This document shows, one piece after another, positions 39,764 through 53,835 of a stretch of DNA of 64,000 nucleotides. The DNA lies in assembly GCA_951406725.2 (NCBI GenBank), contig OX597834.1:46190001-46254000 (forward strand), in the 5' to 3' direction. The notes below the pieces were generated by a model. That model saw only the letters and a list, made by a program, of their open reading frames with translations, was not told where the DNA came from and did not search any database. The translations under genes were made by a program, and so were the position numbers. The number at the start of each line of letters is the position of its first letter. Within the stretch, counting starts at the first letter, position 1. Origin of the DNA: Octopus vulgaris. Its lineage: Eukaryota.

Positions 39764-40240
39764 AGGCGCAGGAGTGGCTGTGTGGTAAGCAGCTTGCTTC
39801 CTAACCACATAGTTCTATGTTCAGTCTTACTGCTTCGCACTATAGGCAAGTGTCTTCCACTATAGCTACGGGTCGACCAAAACTTTGTGAGTGGATTTGG
39901 TAGACGGAAACTGAAAGATGTCTGTTGCATGTGTGTGTGTGTGTATCATGTGTGTGTATGTGTGTTTTGAGTGTGTGTGTGTATTATGTGTGTGTATGTG
40001 TGTGTGTGTGTGTGTGTGTATTATGTGTGTGTGTCTTTGTATCTCCGTTTGTCCCCATCACCGCATGAACACCGGTGTTGGTGTGTTTACATCCCCATAA
40101 ATTGGTTCGTTTAAAGAGACCCCGAGAATACGTACTAGGCTTAAAGAAATAAGTACTGGAGTCGATTCATTCGACTAAAAATTCAAAGGAGTGCTCCAGC
40201 ATGGCCGCGGTCTAATGACTGAAACAAGTAAAAGATAAAA
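39764..40240 (+). mobile_element. SINE family A, full length with an expanded internal (TG)n
   Basis: aggcgcaggagtggctgtgtggtaag..tgactgaaacaagtaaaagataaaa. Confidence 0.9.
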
Positions 40241-40564
40241 GTTAGAATCGGGGAGATCCTGTGCTGCAGAGGACCGATCTTCTTTTCGAGACGACCACAC
40301 TCTACACACTCTACACACTCTACACACTCTTTTACTACCAAGCACTGCTCTAAACAACACGTGTGAGCGAGAATGTTATAATTACTTGGCTTAGTTTGAC
40401 CTTGAAGTCTGGCATCCATGCGACAGGGTCCGAGCTCAATCTGTGTCAAGCGGCTGCACTCAACCTACTTTACCTCCGTTGCCATAGCAACACTTCCTAT
40501 GTCTCCTTCGTATGGGGATAGAGGGAAGAGAAGTTGTGTATGTATGAATGCATGTATGCATGTA

Positions 40565-40795
40565 TGACATTGTTCAGTTTTATTTGAAGATTTCTTGCTA
40601 ATAGAGAAAGAGCCGGTTTCTAACCTAGATTCAAGCCTCCTCCATTGGAATTTCAACATTGACAACAGGTTATTTTTGCCTGTATGTATGTATGCATTCA
40701 TGTATGTACGTATGTATGCATATGTGTAGATTTCTATGTTTTGCTTTATGTAGGAATTCTCTTACATATAGTTGCATATCTAGATATGCTCATTA
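40565..40795 (-). mobile_element. 3' UTR of RLE family 2, homologous to about 53640-53835
   Basis: Shared tctaga.atgcaa.tatatg and tctaggttagaaaccggctcttt. Confidence 0.75.
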
Positions 40796-40941
40796 TGTAT
40801 GCATGTATGTTTGTATGCATGTATGTATATGTAGACGGACACAAGAATTGGGTCCAGTTTTATAAGACTGGTCCTTGTTGTCTTGCCAGGATTTATCTCA
40901 TACACATACATGTTCATATGAACGTATGTTTATATAATTAT

Positions 40942-41039
<98 letters not shown>

Positions 41040-41875
41040 TTCGTGTATAACGTATATACATAACGAAAATCTGTAGCCCAATAAATAATCATATTTCGTT
41101 TCCTTTCGACATAGTCTAAACATCTCTTATGAAAGTGAACCATAAAATACGGGTACCTCTTTGTTTAGGTATATATGATGTGGTGAAGTTTATGCTGTTT
41201 GAAATAACAAGAGGACAGTCAGACATTAGATAAAGAATTGTAAGTCATTAGCTTCGACTGTGAATCGAGACTGCATCGAAGAGTTAACTTATTACGAATT
41301 TACTGCAAAAGAAGGCGAAGAATACCAGAAAAAAACCTCTTCGTAATAACACAAATAATGAAAGTTCCACAGAAGTGCTTTGGTTTTAAGTTTTTTGTAT
41401 GTTTTTTATTCTTATTTTTCGTTTTTTATACGTTTTATTTTTGTTGCTCGTGTTATTTTTCTTGAATATTTTGTTTCTTGTTTTTTTATTTATTTTTTAT
41501 TTATTTACTTTTGCTTCTTTTAATTCTTTTCAGAGCGCATAATGTGTGTTTTTTGTTTAAATTGTTGTTGTTGTTGTTGTTGCTGCTGTATTCAAATTTA
41601 GCTCTACTGTCCGCTGAGAGGTGTCACGTGGTATCACTTACTGTTGGTCCTTACCGTCACGCAGAACTGATGAAATTAAGGTGCTAAATAACTGTCGCAG
41701 CGATCGTGTGTGCTAACACTTACCCTTTCTTCCTTTCTTTCTTTCTTCCTTTCCTTCTTTCCTTTCTTTCTTTCTTCTTTTCTTTCTTTCTCTCTTTCTG
41801 TCTTCCCTTCCTACCTTTCTTCTTACTCTCTCCATCTATCTCCCTTTGCACTATCTCAATTTTTATATGCTTCTT

Positions 41876-41932
<57 letters not shown>

Positions 41933-42084
41933 TCTCTCTCTCATCTCCTATTCTTTACTCCGCTTGGTTTCTTTCTTTCTTTTTCATTTTCTTAAATATT
42001 TTTTTTTCTAATGTCCTTGGGAAATATAAAGAAGCTTGAAAATAGAACAGAGATGATGATGTTGGCGACGAAGAGGGAAGTAGA

Positions 42085-42093
42085 CGATGATGT

Positions 42094-42135
<42 letters not shown>

Positions 42136-42625
42136 GGCTGATGATGATGATGATATTGATGACGTCGTTGAGGATGATGGTGATGATTATGATAATGTTC
42201 TTAGTCATCATCATCAACTTCATCATCATCACCATCGTTATTATCATCAGCAGGTTGGTCAAAGAGGGATGTTTTGTCGATTATTATTTTGTCTAAATTT
42301 CCTCGTCGTCGTCGTCGTCTTCTTCTTCTTCTCCTTCTTCTTTTTCTTCTCCTCCTCCTTCTTCTTCTCCTTCTTCTTCCACATCCTCATCATCGTTGGC
42401 ACCATCATCACCACCACCTCTCATACACCTTCATCGTCATCATCATTATCATCATCAACATCGCCATCCTTTCCATGATCATCACCATCACCACAACATC
42501 CATCATTAACATCATCGTCATCATCGTCATCATCATCATCATCATTATCATCATCATTGTCATCATCCTCACCCTTATTGTCATCCTCGTCATCACCAAC
42601 CTCACCACCATCACCATCATCATCT
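42085..42625. repeat. (GAT)n/(CAT)n/(CTT)n low-complexity block
   Basis: Direct tandem repeats. Confidence 0.9.
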
Positions 42626-43398
42626 TCCTATCTGCTAGCATCTATTCTCACCGCTTTTCATATCATGGGTCTCTATCTCAGTTCTTCTGCTCTCCTCATC
42701 CAATAAACTCTGAAATCTGAAATCTCTCCAACTCTTTATTTTATCCATTCCACTTCATTCTTGTGTTTTTTTACTCATTCGCTTTTTCTCATTCGTTAAG
42801 AATCTCTGCGAATTATTCTTTTCTTTTTTTTACTCTCTAATTAAGTTTTCGAAATATTTTAGTGCTTTCTCTTTTACTTTGATATCTGGAATTAATAATA
42901 ATGTTCGTCTGAGGAATAAAACAGAGAGAGGAGAGAACAAATCTTTCATCTTTTACTTGTTGCAGTCTTTGGTTTGCGGCCATACTGGGGCACCCAATAT
43001 GGGCGAACAAATTGATTGCAGTACTTTATTTTTTTATTTTTTTTTTTTAAGTCTTGTATTTATTTTATGAGATTTTCATTGCCGAAAGGATTATGGAAAC
43101 GTAAACAAAACAACACCGCTTATGAAGCGGTGGGTGAGCGGTGACAAGCACAGAGGTTTAAGGACATGCACGCACATGTATATGCATATAAAATAATAGT
43201 TTAAATGAAGAAAAGAAATTCAAATCGGTGTTACGATCGTTTCAGTAAACAAATATTCTTTATTCTACATAAATACGTACAAATATAATCAGTTGGAGTT
43301 CACTCGACGTTTCTTCAGTTAACTGAATCACTACGCCAGCCAGGTATCTAAAGGAAAAACTGATGAAGTGATATCCAAGATTATAATTGCCCCCTTAA

Positions 43399-43498
43399 NN
43401 NNNNNNNNNNNNNNNNNNNNNNNNNNNNNNNNNNNNNNNNNNNNNNNNNNNNNNNNNNNNNNNNNNNNNNNNNNNNNNNNNNNNNNNNNNNNNNNNNN
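43399..43498. other. Assembly gap (100 N)
   Basis: Run of N. Confidence 1.
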
Positions 43499-43512
43499 AA
43501 TTGCCCCCTTAA

Positions 43513-43660
43513 TTTTCAGTTTCTCTCTACCAAATTCATTCACAAGGCTTTGGCCGTCCCGGGGCTATAGTAAAACACACTTGCCTAATGTTCCAAGCAG
43601 TAGGACTGAACTCAAAAATCATGTGGTTAGGAAGCAAACTTGGTACCATACAGCCGTGCA
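43513..43660 (-). mobile_element. SINE family A 5' part; a degenerate tail lies at about 42950-43150
   Basis: tttcagtttc..ctaccaaatt..cacaaggctttgg..gactgaac..catgtggtt. Confidence 0.7.
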
Positions 43661-44399
43661 TGTGTTTAAATATTAGAAAAACAAATACTCTCAATGTCAG
43701 CGCAGCTGTTTTTGAGCTATGCTTGGATGAAACCTCAGCTACTATTTTATGATGATGATGATGATGATGATGATGATTGTGGTGGTGGTGGTGGTGGTGA
43801 TGATGATGGCGATTACGACGATGATAACCACAATTATGACAATGACGAAAATGGTGGTAATGTTGATGAGGACAACGATGCCGATGACGTTATTTGCTTT
43901 ATCGCCCCCGAAGAAATGACAAGCAGATTTTACCTCGGTAGAATTCGAACTCAGAGAGCGGAGAGCTAAAACTTGCATTACACTTGTTGGCATTGGGCTT
44001 CATGCTCTTCTTTGATGGGGCTTGGGTCATTCAAAGTTGGTGGTCCCAGAAGCATCATACTTAGAGGCGACATCATGCTTAGAGCCGAGCAGGTCCACCA
44101 GCATTCTATTTTCCATCGCTGACGGTCTTGTGCCAGCCCCTCTACATTCTCCAAGGTGATGTTTATAAATTTTGCCTGCCCTTGACATGTACGTCTTATA
44201 GGTCAACTTTCTCTTTCAGTTTTCTAATCGCCGAAGGATTGTATGACAAAGTTAACTGATGCGAGATTTGAACGCAGAACCCGGTGAGCTAGAACGTATT
44301 CTGTATCTATCTAAGCATTTCTCTTCTATGCGCAAGCTATTAAGCCACTTCACCTTCACCAGCTGCTTGATTCTTATCCTTTATATTTATGGCTAGGGA

Positions 44400-44806
44400 G
44401 ATTTATGGCCAGAGATTTTGAGGGGAGAAGGAAGACAATTAAAACGGCCCTTGTGCTCAACTGGCACATATTTTATTGACCCCAAAAGAATGAAAGGCAA
44501 AGTCAATCTGAGCAGAATTCGAAATTAGAACGTGAAGACAATCGAAATCCCGCTAAGCACTCTGTTCGGCATGCTAACGATTCTTATTTTGTTTATTGCT
44601 CACAAGGGGCTAAACATAGAGGGGACGAACAAAGACAGATAGAGGGATTAAGTCGATTACATCGACCCCAGCGTGTAACTGGTTCTTAATTTATTGACCC
44701 CGAAAGGATGAAAGGCAAAGTCGACCTCGGCGGAATTTGAACCCAGAACGTAGCGGCAGACGAAATACCGCTAAGCATTTCGCCCGGCGTGCCAGTTCAC
44801 CGCCTT
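44400..44806 (-). mobile_element. SINE family B, two tandem copies
   Basis: gaaaggcaaagtc..gaatt occurs twice; head ends ccgcctt. Confidence 0.87.
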
Positions 44807-44835
44807 CGCAGCTGAATATATATATATATATATAT

Positions 44836-45065
44836 GGAGGCACATGGCTCAGTGGTTAGAGTGTTGGACTCATGATCATAAAATTATGGTCTCGATTCCT
44901 AAAGCGGGTAATGCGTTGTATTCTTGAGTAAACCACTTCCATTTCATATTGCTCTTGATCACTAAGCCAGCAAAAAAATATTAACCCTGCAACGGACCGG
45001 CGGGGAATATATACGCCAGAGAATCCGCGAAACCTGCACTATGAGTCTATATGATTCGGCAAGGA
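44836..45065 (+). mobile_element. tRNA-derived SINE family C; a related head lies at 18588-18700
   Basis: tggctcagtgg A box and gtctcgattcc B-box-like motif. Confidence 0.7.
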
Positions 45066-45121
45066 GCTAGCAAAATAAGGCAGTGGTCTGTTGACACGGT
45101 AAGGAGTTATCAAAAATAAGG

Positions 45122-45300
45122 AGGCGCGCTGGCAGAATCGTTAAACGCGCAGGCAAAATATTTAGTGACATTTCCTCCAACCTTTGGCCTTTCATCATTT
45201 CGGGGTCGATAAAATGAGTACCAGTTTATCATTGGGGTCGACGTAATCGACTTATCCACTCTCCTAAATTGTTGGCCTTCTTCCAAAAAAACTTGAAACC
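45122..45300 (+). mobile_element. SINE family B, internally deleted
   Basis: gctggcagaatcgtt..cctttcatcatttcggggtcgataaa..tggggtcga. Confidence 0.75.
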
Positions 45301-46696
45301 AATATAAAGTTATTGCAATTCGTATTTTTATTGACAGGCTGGAATATGCGCAGGAAGAAAAAATTCGGTTATTTTAGTGAAATATCGATACGGACAGCAG
45401 AATGCAAAAGCCCGTATCCACTCTTAGGCGTTTATGGTCAATAATTTTAACTTTCTGAAATAAAAACCAGAGTCCAAGGAGACTTAGCGCTGGTGTGTAG
45501 AAGTCATTTAGTTAGTGTTTTTTAATATTGCTAGACGTTCATAGCATGTTGATTTATCGCATTCCCCTCCGAAATCCCTATCATTAGAGGAGAAACATTA
45601 TCAGAAATGTATTTCTCACTGCAATCATAAACTTCAAAATAAATGCATCTCTTTTCGATCAAGTATTTTAAGAGAAAGATGTGTGTTCGCATTCATTCTC
45701 CTTTCTACAATAAATTTTATTTTTTAAACTTTATCGTTCTGCAACCGCCATAATTTTTAGGAAAGTCAGGATTATTATAATAAAAACGTCAGTTGTACGG
45801 TTAACAGCGAACATCTAAACGAGGACATGCATATTCATTCGTAGTATGTTCCGGCTGGTTCAAACGTGAATACTAATCGCTGCTGTATTTCATCATTGGA
45901 GAACAATTTTATCCTTTCAAATGAAGGTCTCTGCGTAACACACAAAATTCGTTAGCGTACAGAGATTCTAGCACAACCGGTGTTTCGAGATCGTTTTGCT
46001 TCGTCAGTTGAGAGTAATCCAGACAAATAAATCTAACAAGATTTTATACTTTTGTTTACAATTTCAACAATAACGCTGCTGCGTACCGATGACTGCCAAC
46101 TAAATAATCATTTCTACTAAAGGCGCAAGGCTTGAAATTTGGAGTCACTCGTACGCTAACGTTGGAGGCTGGGCTGCCAACAAAAGAAAAGTTTTGGTAA
46201 AGGTACGAATAACTTTTGATTACAAATGTGATAATTAGCTTAAATCAAAAGAAAATACACGAAGACAGACAAGTATCTGAAATCAAGGACGTTTAAACAT
46301 ATGTTAGTGCCAAATACAATACATACGTACTATATGTACGCTCAGTTGTACACAGATACATAGGTTTTGGGGAATTAGCCTGCTGTTTTCTGATCCGAAG
46401 TTTGTGTAACTTGCAACGGATAGAAATTAATGTCGTTATTCATTTCACACACGGGGTAAAAAGGGAGATTACCCAGCCGTGTTTCGCGGTTGATTAACTG
46501 GCAACCTCAGGGGTAGTTATTCATTATTACAATTTGTGCAAGCGGCTGAGCTTGCATGTATGTGCCACACAGTGAGGAGACTATAGACGAGTTTTAATGT
46601 GTGAACGTGCGTCCACTCATACAACATATACATACACACCCATGTAAATATATATGCTTACACGCGCACACACAGACACACACATATCTATATATA

Positions 46697-46972
46697 ACGT
46701 GACCGGCCAGGCTATCAGATGTTGCTACACATCGCTGGTCACAATGCGCTTCGCATTGTTTTAGCCTTCAAGTGACGCCATCCCGCTGGGTAAGCGAACA
46801 GACCAACAGAAGAGTGAGAGAAAGTTGTAGCGAAAGAGCATAGCAGGGGTCGCCACAACCCCCTGCCGGTGCCTCGTGGAGCTTTAGGTGTTTTCGCTAA
46901 ATAAACACTCACCACGCCTGGTCTGGGAATCGAAACGGCGAACCTACGACCGCGAGTCCACTGGGCCATTGC
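46697..46972 (-). mobile_element. tRNA-derived SINE family D
   Basis: Minus strand gcaatggcccagtgg (A box) and gtttcgattccc (B box); GC-rich body. Confidence 0.65.
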
Positions 46973-47008
46973 ACACACATATATATATATATACATATAT
47001 ACATATAC

Positions 47009-47108
<100 letters not shown>

Positions 47109-47119
47109 GTATATATATG

Positions 47120-47162
<43 letters not shown>

Positions 47163-47187
47163 ATATGTATATGTATATGTATATATG

Positions 47188-47255
<68 letters not shown>

Positions 47256-47911
47256 AATATCGATAGATAATCTCTTTGTCAAAGTTTTACCACCATTTTG
47301 CTCCATTTGTTCTGCAACGTTAAACTCTCCTTCCTCAATCCCCAATTCCCCAGTAACATTAAAAAACAAAAAAGATTGTTTACGTTTCTCCAGAGGTTAT
47401 CAATAGTCATAGACACATCTCCCCACCACCCTTAACTGACAAGTCTTCCTCTTGGGATACCAGTGGGGTTAATTGTCTCCCCTTATATATATATTATATT
47501 CACGACATTTTATTTTCATTGTTAATATTCGTTTCGCCATTTTATTACATCGTCTTCGTTTATCGCTTGCTCTGCTTATTTGGGGTTGGCGCTCTCATTT
47601 TATTTTTCCTTTCACGCTGTATATCATTATTTCTACATTTGCTTTTAAATGATGTCGAGGCTGTTTTGATTGTTTGGTTAGTCGATTAGGTTATTAGTTC
47701 GCAGGAGTGATTGGTCGGTCACTGTTAACTTGCAGCACCACCAATTTGACATGTCAGACCAGATTTAACTATGACTTGTATGAGAATATAAACAAGGTTG
47801 CTTCCATGTTTTTTCTTCCCCACAACCTCCTTGTCTTCTCCACCTTTTAAATCTTTTTCTGTCATTCGCTTTCCTCTCCTGTGTCTCTTACTCATATATA
47901 TATATATATAT

Positions 47912-48011
<100 letters not shown>

Positions 48012-48489
48012 GTACATATGCATATATATATATATATATATATATATAAACACACACACATACATAGACATATACAGATGATATATATGTGTGTGTATGT
48101 ATAGACGTATATATGCATATATATTTCTCCATGCATATATATTTCTCCATGCATATATACATGCGTATATACACGTACATACATATATACATATACATAT
48201 ATTCCTTCACTCACACACACACACACACACACACGCACACATATATGCATTGAATAGACTTGTACACATTTTTATACGAGATAGACAAGACATTAAAAGT
48301 TAGAGTAATCGAACGGTGATCGATATTGATAGCAAAAAAATGTTGACAAAGAGAATAAACATTACAACAACACAGAAAAACAACAATAGAAATTACAAAT
48401 AAAAAAAAGAAAATATGGCAAAAAGTAATTAAGAAAGCCGGAAAGTCATCTAAAGTGGTAACACCGGGGATTAGATAATGCGGCTGATG

Positions 48490-48920
48490 ATCATGAGGAA
48501 GATGATGATGATGATGGCGATCGTGAATGATAATGACGCTGGTGGTGTTGGTGGTAGTGGTGGTGGTGGTAGTAACGGTGTTGATGATGACGATAATGAT
48601 GATGATGATTAGGATGATGTTAATGACGATAACGATGATGATAGTGGTGATGGTGGTGGTGGTGGTGATGATGATAATGAAGATGATGATGATGATGATG
48701 ATGATGGTGCTGATAGCGGGGGCGATTATTCAGAAGAAGGTTATGATGATAATAATGAGGAAGGGGAGAAGGGGATGGGAGGAGGAGGGGATGGGAGGAG
48801 GAGGAGATGAGATAAATTTTTATGATATTAAAAATACAAAAACAACAATAATAATGAGGAGAAGAAGAAGAAGAAGAAGAAAAAGAAGAAAAAGAAGAAG
48901 AAGAAGAAGAAGAAGAAGAA

Positions 48921-49007
<87 letters not shown>

Positions 49008-49054
49008 GAAGAAGATGATGATGATGATGATGATGAAGAAGAAAAGAAGAAGAA

Positions 49055-49120
<66 letters not shown>

Positions 49121-49160
49121 GAAGAAGATGGTGATGATGATGATCATGATGATGAGGATA
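48490..49160. repeat. (GAT)n/(GAA)n/(GGT)n low-complexity block
   Basis: Direct tandem repeats. Confidence 0.92.
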
Positions 49161-49785
49161 ACAGCCACAACAATGATAATACGATAAAACAAATTGTAAG
49201 AGATTTCATGAGGCCAGACGCTGGTGGAATTTTAAGCTATCGAAAATAAAACCGTAAACTGTAACGAATGCAAAAACATTTTCTATTTTCATTTGCCTCG
49301 GTTTTACAAAAGTTACAGCGCTTTGCACAATCTGCTCCGTTCTTATGCATTATTTAAAGCTGTCTTCACCTGAAGAAGTATGGTTGTCACAGATTCCTGT
49401 TATCTCTATAATTATCACTGTCTGTCACTCGTTCACTGCATAAGTCTGTGTGTGTGAATATATATGTAGGTATGTTTGTGAATTTATGTGAATGTCTGTG
49501 AATGCGTGAGTTTCTGAGTATCTGTATGTTTGTGTGTGTTCTCCATGTGTTTTCTCTCAATAGATAGAGGACAGATGCATTGAGAATTCATATCACGTGA
49601 TGCAACTCTAATTTCACACATTAAAACACGCTGGCAGCTTGCTCTCTCTCCTCTCTCGCGCTCTCTCCACACTCGGATCTCTTTCTCTCCTCATGCTCTG
49701 ACACTTTCTCTTCCTCCCGACATATGTCTCTGTGTGTGCATGTGTGGGTAGATATATGTATGCTTGGCTACATGCAATTACATAA

Positions 49786-49834
<49 letters not shown>

Positions 49835-50014
49835 CATAAATGTATATATATAAACACACTCACGCACATATATGCATACATACATATATATATATATATA
49901 TAATTAGATACACACACATATATATATACATCCATATATCTATATATAATATCATTTACGAATATATATATATATATCATTTTATATATGTGTGTGTGAG
50001 TGTGTATGTATATT

Positions 50015-50059
<45 letters not shown>

Positions 50060-50287
50060 GGGGGGAGATAAACATATATACAGACAAATGTTGTAAAGAC
50101 AGGGTTACTTTCCTGACGATCATCAGATATATTGTTGTTGTCTTTCTATCTGTTATCGATTTTTTGGTCACAGTAAATTACTAAGGAATTTGGTAGTCGC
50201 AGTCGCGCTACTATTTCGTAACATTTACCGTTGTTTCCCAATCTGATTGTAATTTCAGGATAAATGTCTGACGCTCGGCACTCACTA

Positions 50288-50355
<68 letters not shown>

Positions 50356-50398
50356 TACACACACACGCACACACACACACATACACAAACACAGATAT

Positions 50399-50680
50399 AT
50401 CAAGGTCTGATCAATAAGTGTCCGGATTATTGCCATCGTGACGAACTAAAGCACGCAGAATGAAATCGCTTGCCAAATAGTGACTTTGACCTCTGCTGTG
50501 CATGCGCTCTATGTTTTAACGTTCTACCTCACTTCCGCTGTTTACAGCCGTGCTTGGAAGGAATGTGTGTAGCGTGTAGCGATACTTCCTCGGAGGCCTA
50601 CGCAAAGTTGCCGAACGTGTATGGAGATGAATGTAGGAGCCAATCAAAATTTTACGAGCGGCTCAGACGTTCCCAGAAAA
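50399..50680 (+). mobile_element. Mariner 5' end with an N-terminal HTH remnant
   Basis: TIR-like aggtctgatcaataagtgtccgga; SEAYAKLPNVYGDECRSQSKFYERLRR. Confidence 0.72.
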
Positions 50681-51049
50681 ATTTATGTACATTGCTGACA
50701 TACCAGCAATAGATATTTTTCATATTAAAGATTACTATGGGTAATACGCAAATATTTTTGGCGTTACACCAATAGGTAAAATGCCTGCTAAATACTGGAA
50801 GATAGTATATGAATGTTATATTACATAGTTTAATGTTACCTTAAGTATGTAGTTGAATTATACATAGAGTAAACATATTTTTGGCGTTAATAGATTAATG
50901 AAATATATTGATTAACTTTCCTACATACATGAGACAAGAGTAAAAGTTCGGCTTGTTTATTATGCAACATCACCATGGAGCGTAAAAGAGAGGCCAGTCT
51001 CATTTTGAAAACCTGCTTTCGTACAGTATGAACTTACTCTTTGAGCGCT

Positions 51050-51250
51050 TCTGGTTTCCGTAAAAAGTACTTTTTTACGAGAATGGTTTATTAGTCCATT
51101 CCTCAACCTCCAACCTGGAGTACCAGGTCTGACTTCTACCCGTCGCCCTTACCACCTTGGGCGGCTCTACCAGGAGTACAAGACTCCGGATAGCTTAGCT
51201 CTTCAGGTCATTGAAGCACACAAACACCTCCATCAACGTTAAGGGGATAG
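51050..51250 (-). mobile_element. RTE-clade LINE 5'-UTR-like fragment
   Basis: Minus strand tggaggtgtttgtgtgcttcaatgacctgaagagcta resembles RTE (BovB/Expander-type) 5' ends; recalled similarity only. Confidence 0.5.
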
Positions 51251-53019
51251 TCCACGGGTGTGATACACACATCTGTCCATCCTCTTCGTATCAGCTGACA
51301 CTTAAGTCCTCCACGCTCATACACGAACATTTAAGCATTACAACATTCAATTCTATAGTATTTCTTTACCTTACAGTATAATTAAATTAATGCTTAGCTG
51401 AAATTCATTTACGTAAAATGACATTTACACAATACATACGTATATATCTCTGACATAACGAGCACGATGAATATACATTATTTGTTTACATTAGCGTTAG
51501 AGAGAGAGAGAGAGAGAGATGTGGGGAATTACGTCATCATAATTGGTGTTTACAGAAAGATTATGGAATATTCTCAATACATAATGTTTTAGTTCATCTC
51601 TATTAATTAATAAATAAGTATTGTTAATTATTATTTAAAGTTTAAAATTTCGTAATATAGTTGGCCGAATATAGTCTGTATTATCAGAGAAATAGTCTAA
51701 ATTTTTCAGTTCTGTATAAATATAGAAAAATGGTGTTATATTAGCTATATATGGAAATCTGGTGCTTTACGTCATCACACCAAGTGTTTATAGAAATAGT
51801 TACCAAACATAATATAATCATTAAATTAATCTGTATAAATTAATTAATAATTATTATTAATTACTGGTTAAAATTTTTTAAATTAGAATTTTAATTATTA
51901 ATGTAAGGTAATAATGTTAAATAGAGTATGTATTATAAGAAATATAATCTATGATTTCAGTTCGATATAAATATGGTATACGCGAATTACATTTATACAT
52001 ACAGTATTTATGGTCAAATGGATTCAGAAAATCCTTCTAATAGATGGTCACATATCAATTTCAGTCTATTATATCAATAGGTAAAATGCCTTCTAAATAC
52101 TGGAGGGTATTATATGAATGTTATATTACATAGTTTAATGTTACGTTATAAGTATGTAGTTTTATTATACTTAGAGAAAACATATTTTCCTAAGTAAACG
52201 CAAGATGCTTTTTTTCTTTTCTTTGGCTAAGTACATGGTTCCTGTATGCCTCTTCATTACACAACTCACATCGTTTCTTTGAGATTTTATATGAACTAGG
52301 AAAACTAAGAATCTTCTAAGATTACATTCAATGTTGTTATCCTTTAATTTCCATAAGAACTTAATCCGGTAGAGTTAATTATTTGTCTATTTTTAAAGCT
52401 TTGTAAATGATTAGCAAACCTAATCTTAATTTTGTTTTCTGTTGATCCTATATAATAGAATTTCTTTGGCGATTCAGTTATACATTGGTAGACTAAGATA
52501 TCTTTCTTTCATAAATTTTCAAACCTACAATTAATATTAACTTTACAGTTACAAGTTTCATTTACATTTTTTTGTATAAATTTATTCGAAGTGCTGTTAA
52601 GAAAGTAATAAATATGGATTATCTCCTTTCTATCATTAAGGTATGTATGGCTGTCAGCGTTATTATTTAAGTGAGGGGGGTTATGTTGATGTTATGATGA
52701 ATTATTGTAATAAATATTTCTATTACTGTAGAAATTAGCTTATTTTCTGTTATTAATAGATAATATAATCATGAACAGACTGCGAGTTAAACTATAACCA
52801 ACACTGAAATACGTATACTTAATAATCTCACTATATCTATTATCCTTATTAAAATGCTCATAAATAGACCTGTATGTATATTTGATAAACTATTTTCAAT
52901 TTATATTGCATATGGAATGATAAAGCAAGCCATATTAGATTCCTTGGGATTATTTTACAGTATCTGTAATACATTTTTGATTTAGTAAAGTTTATGAAAG
53001 GAGTAATCAGGACACTGTA

Positions 53020-53835
53020 TAATGAGATCCATCAGAAGGAGTAATACTAAGGCCAAAGAAATAAGGACCCACATATGTTGGAGGTCATAGCCATTCAATA
53101 TAAGGAGAACGAGTGGAATGATACGCCTGACAAAAAAGAAACAGCTGTAGAAATCAGCTGCCCAGTGGATGTTACCATAAAGCTAAAGATCAGCGAAAAC
53201 GAAAACACCTACGCTGAACTATTGAGAAATCTGCAGATATTCTATCCAGATTACAACTTCAGGTATATACGTTGTATATATGCGTGCGTGCATGTATGTG
53301 TATATGTGTGCGTGTGTTAAGTTAACCTTTATTATTAGATAAATTTATCGATAATATCCATGGGAATTTATATAATGGAATTTTCACTGATAATTTCTCG
53401 TTCTAATTTTTTTATCGATTTTTCCACCGAAAACAACTAAGTAATTTGGTAGTTCCAGTCGAGTTAATATTACGTAAAATTACTGGGACCCTGGGTAGTG
53501 TATCACACTACCTAGGTACCACTCTTGAGAAAATAGGCTTCTCAAAACCGGAAGGGAGAAAGCTGATTCGAAACAACAGACCAACGGCATCACAGGAAAT
53601 ATAAATATTTGTCAAACTTTCCAGAAGTTTATCATTTAAGCACTTATGCACCTGTCTAGAGATGCAAATATATGCATGAGAATAGGTACATAAGACAAAA
53701 CATGAAGTGATTCCAAATACTGAATATATACATACAAAACTACACCGATGATGTTGACATGCCATCAAGGAAGCTTAAATCTAGGTTAGAAACCGGCTCT
53801 TTATTGGCAAGATATCTTGAAATAGGTTGAATAAT
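53020..53835 (+). mobile_element. RLE family 2 C-terminus plus 3' UTR, interrupted by a 203-bp insertion
   Basis: VEISCPVDVTIKLKISENENTYAELLRNLQIFYPDYNFRYI, then after the insert ITGTLG..GFSKPE..CQTFQKF. Confidence 0.78.

Noticed and set aside
42011-42720. Asp/His/Ile-rich ORFs (also 48527-49192)
   Set aside because: Trinucleotide low-complexity sequence only
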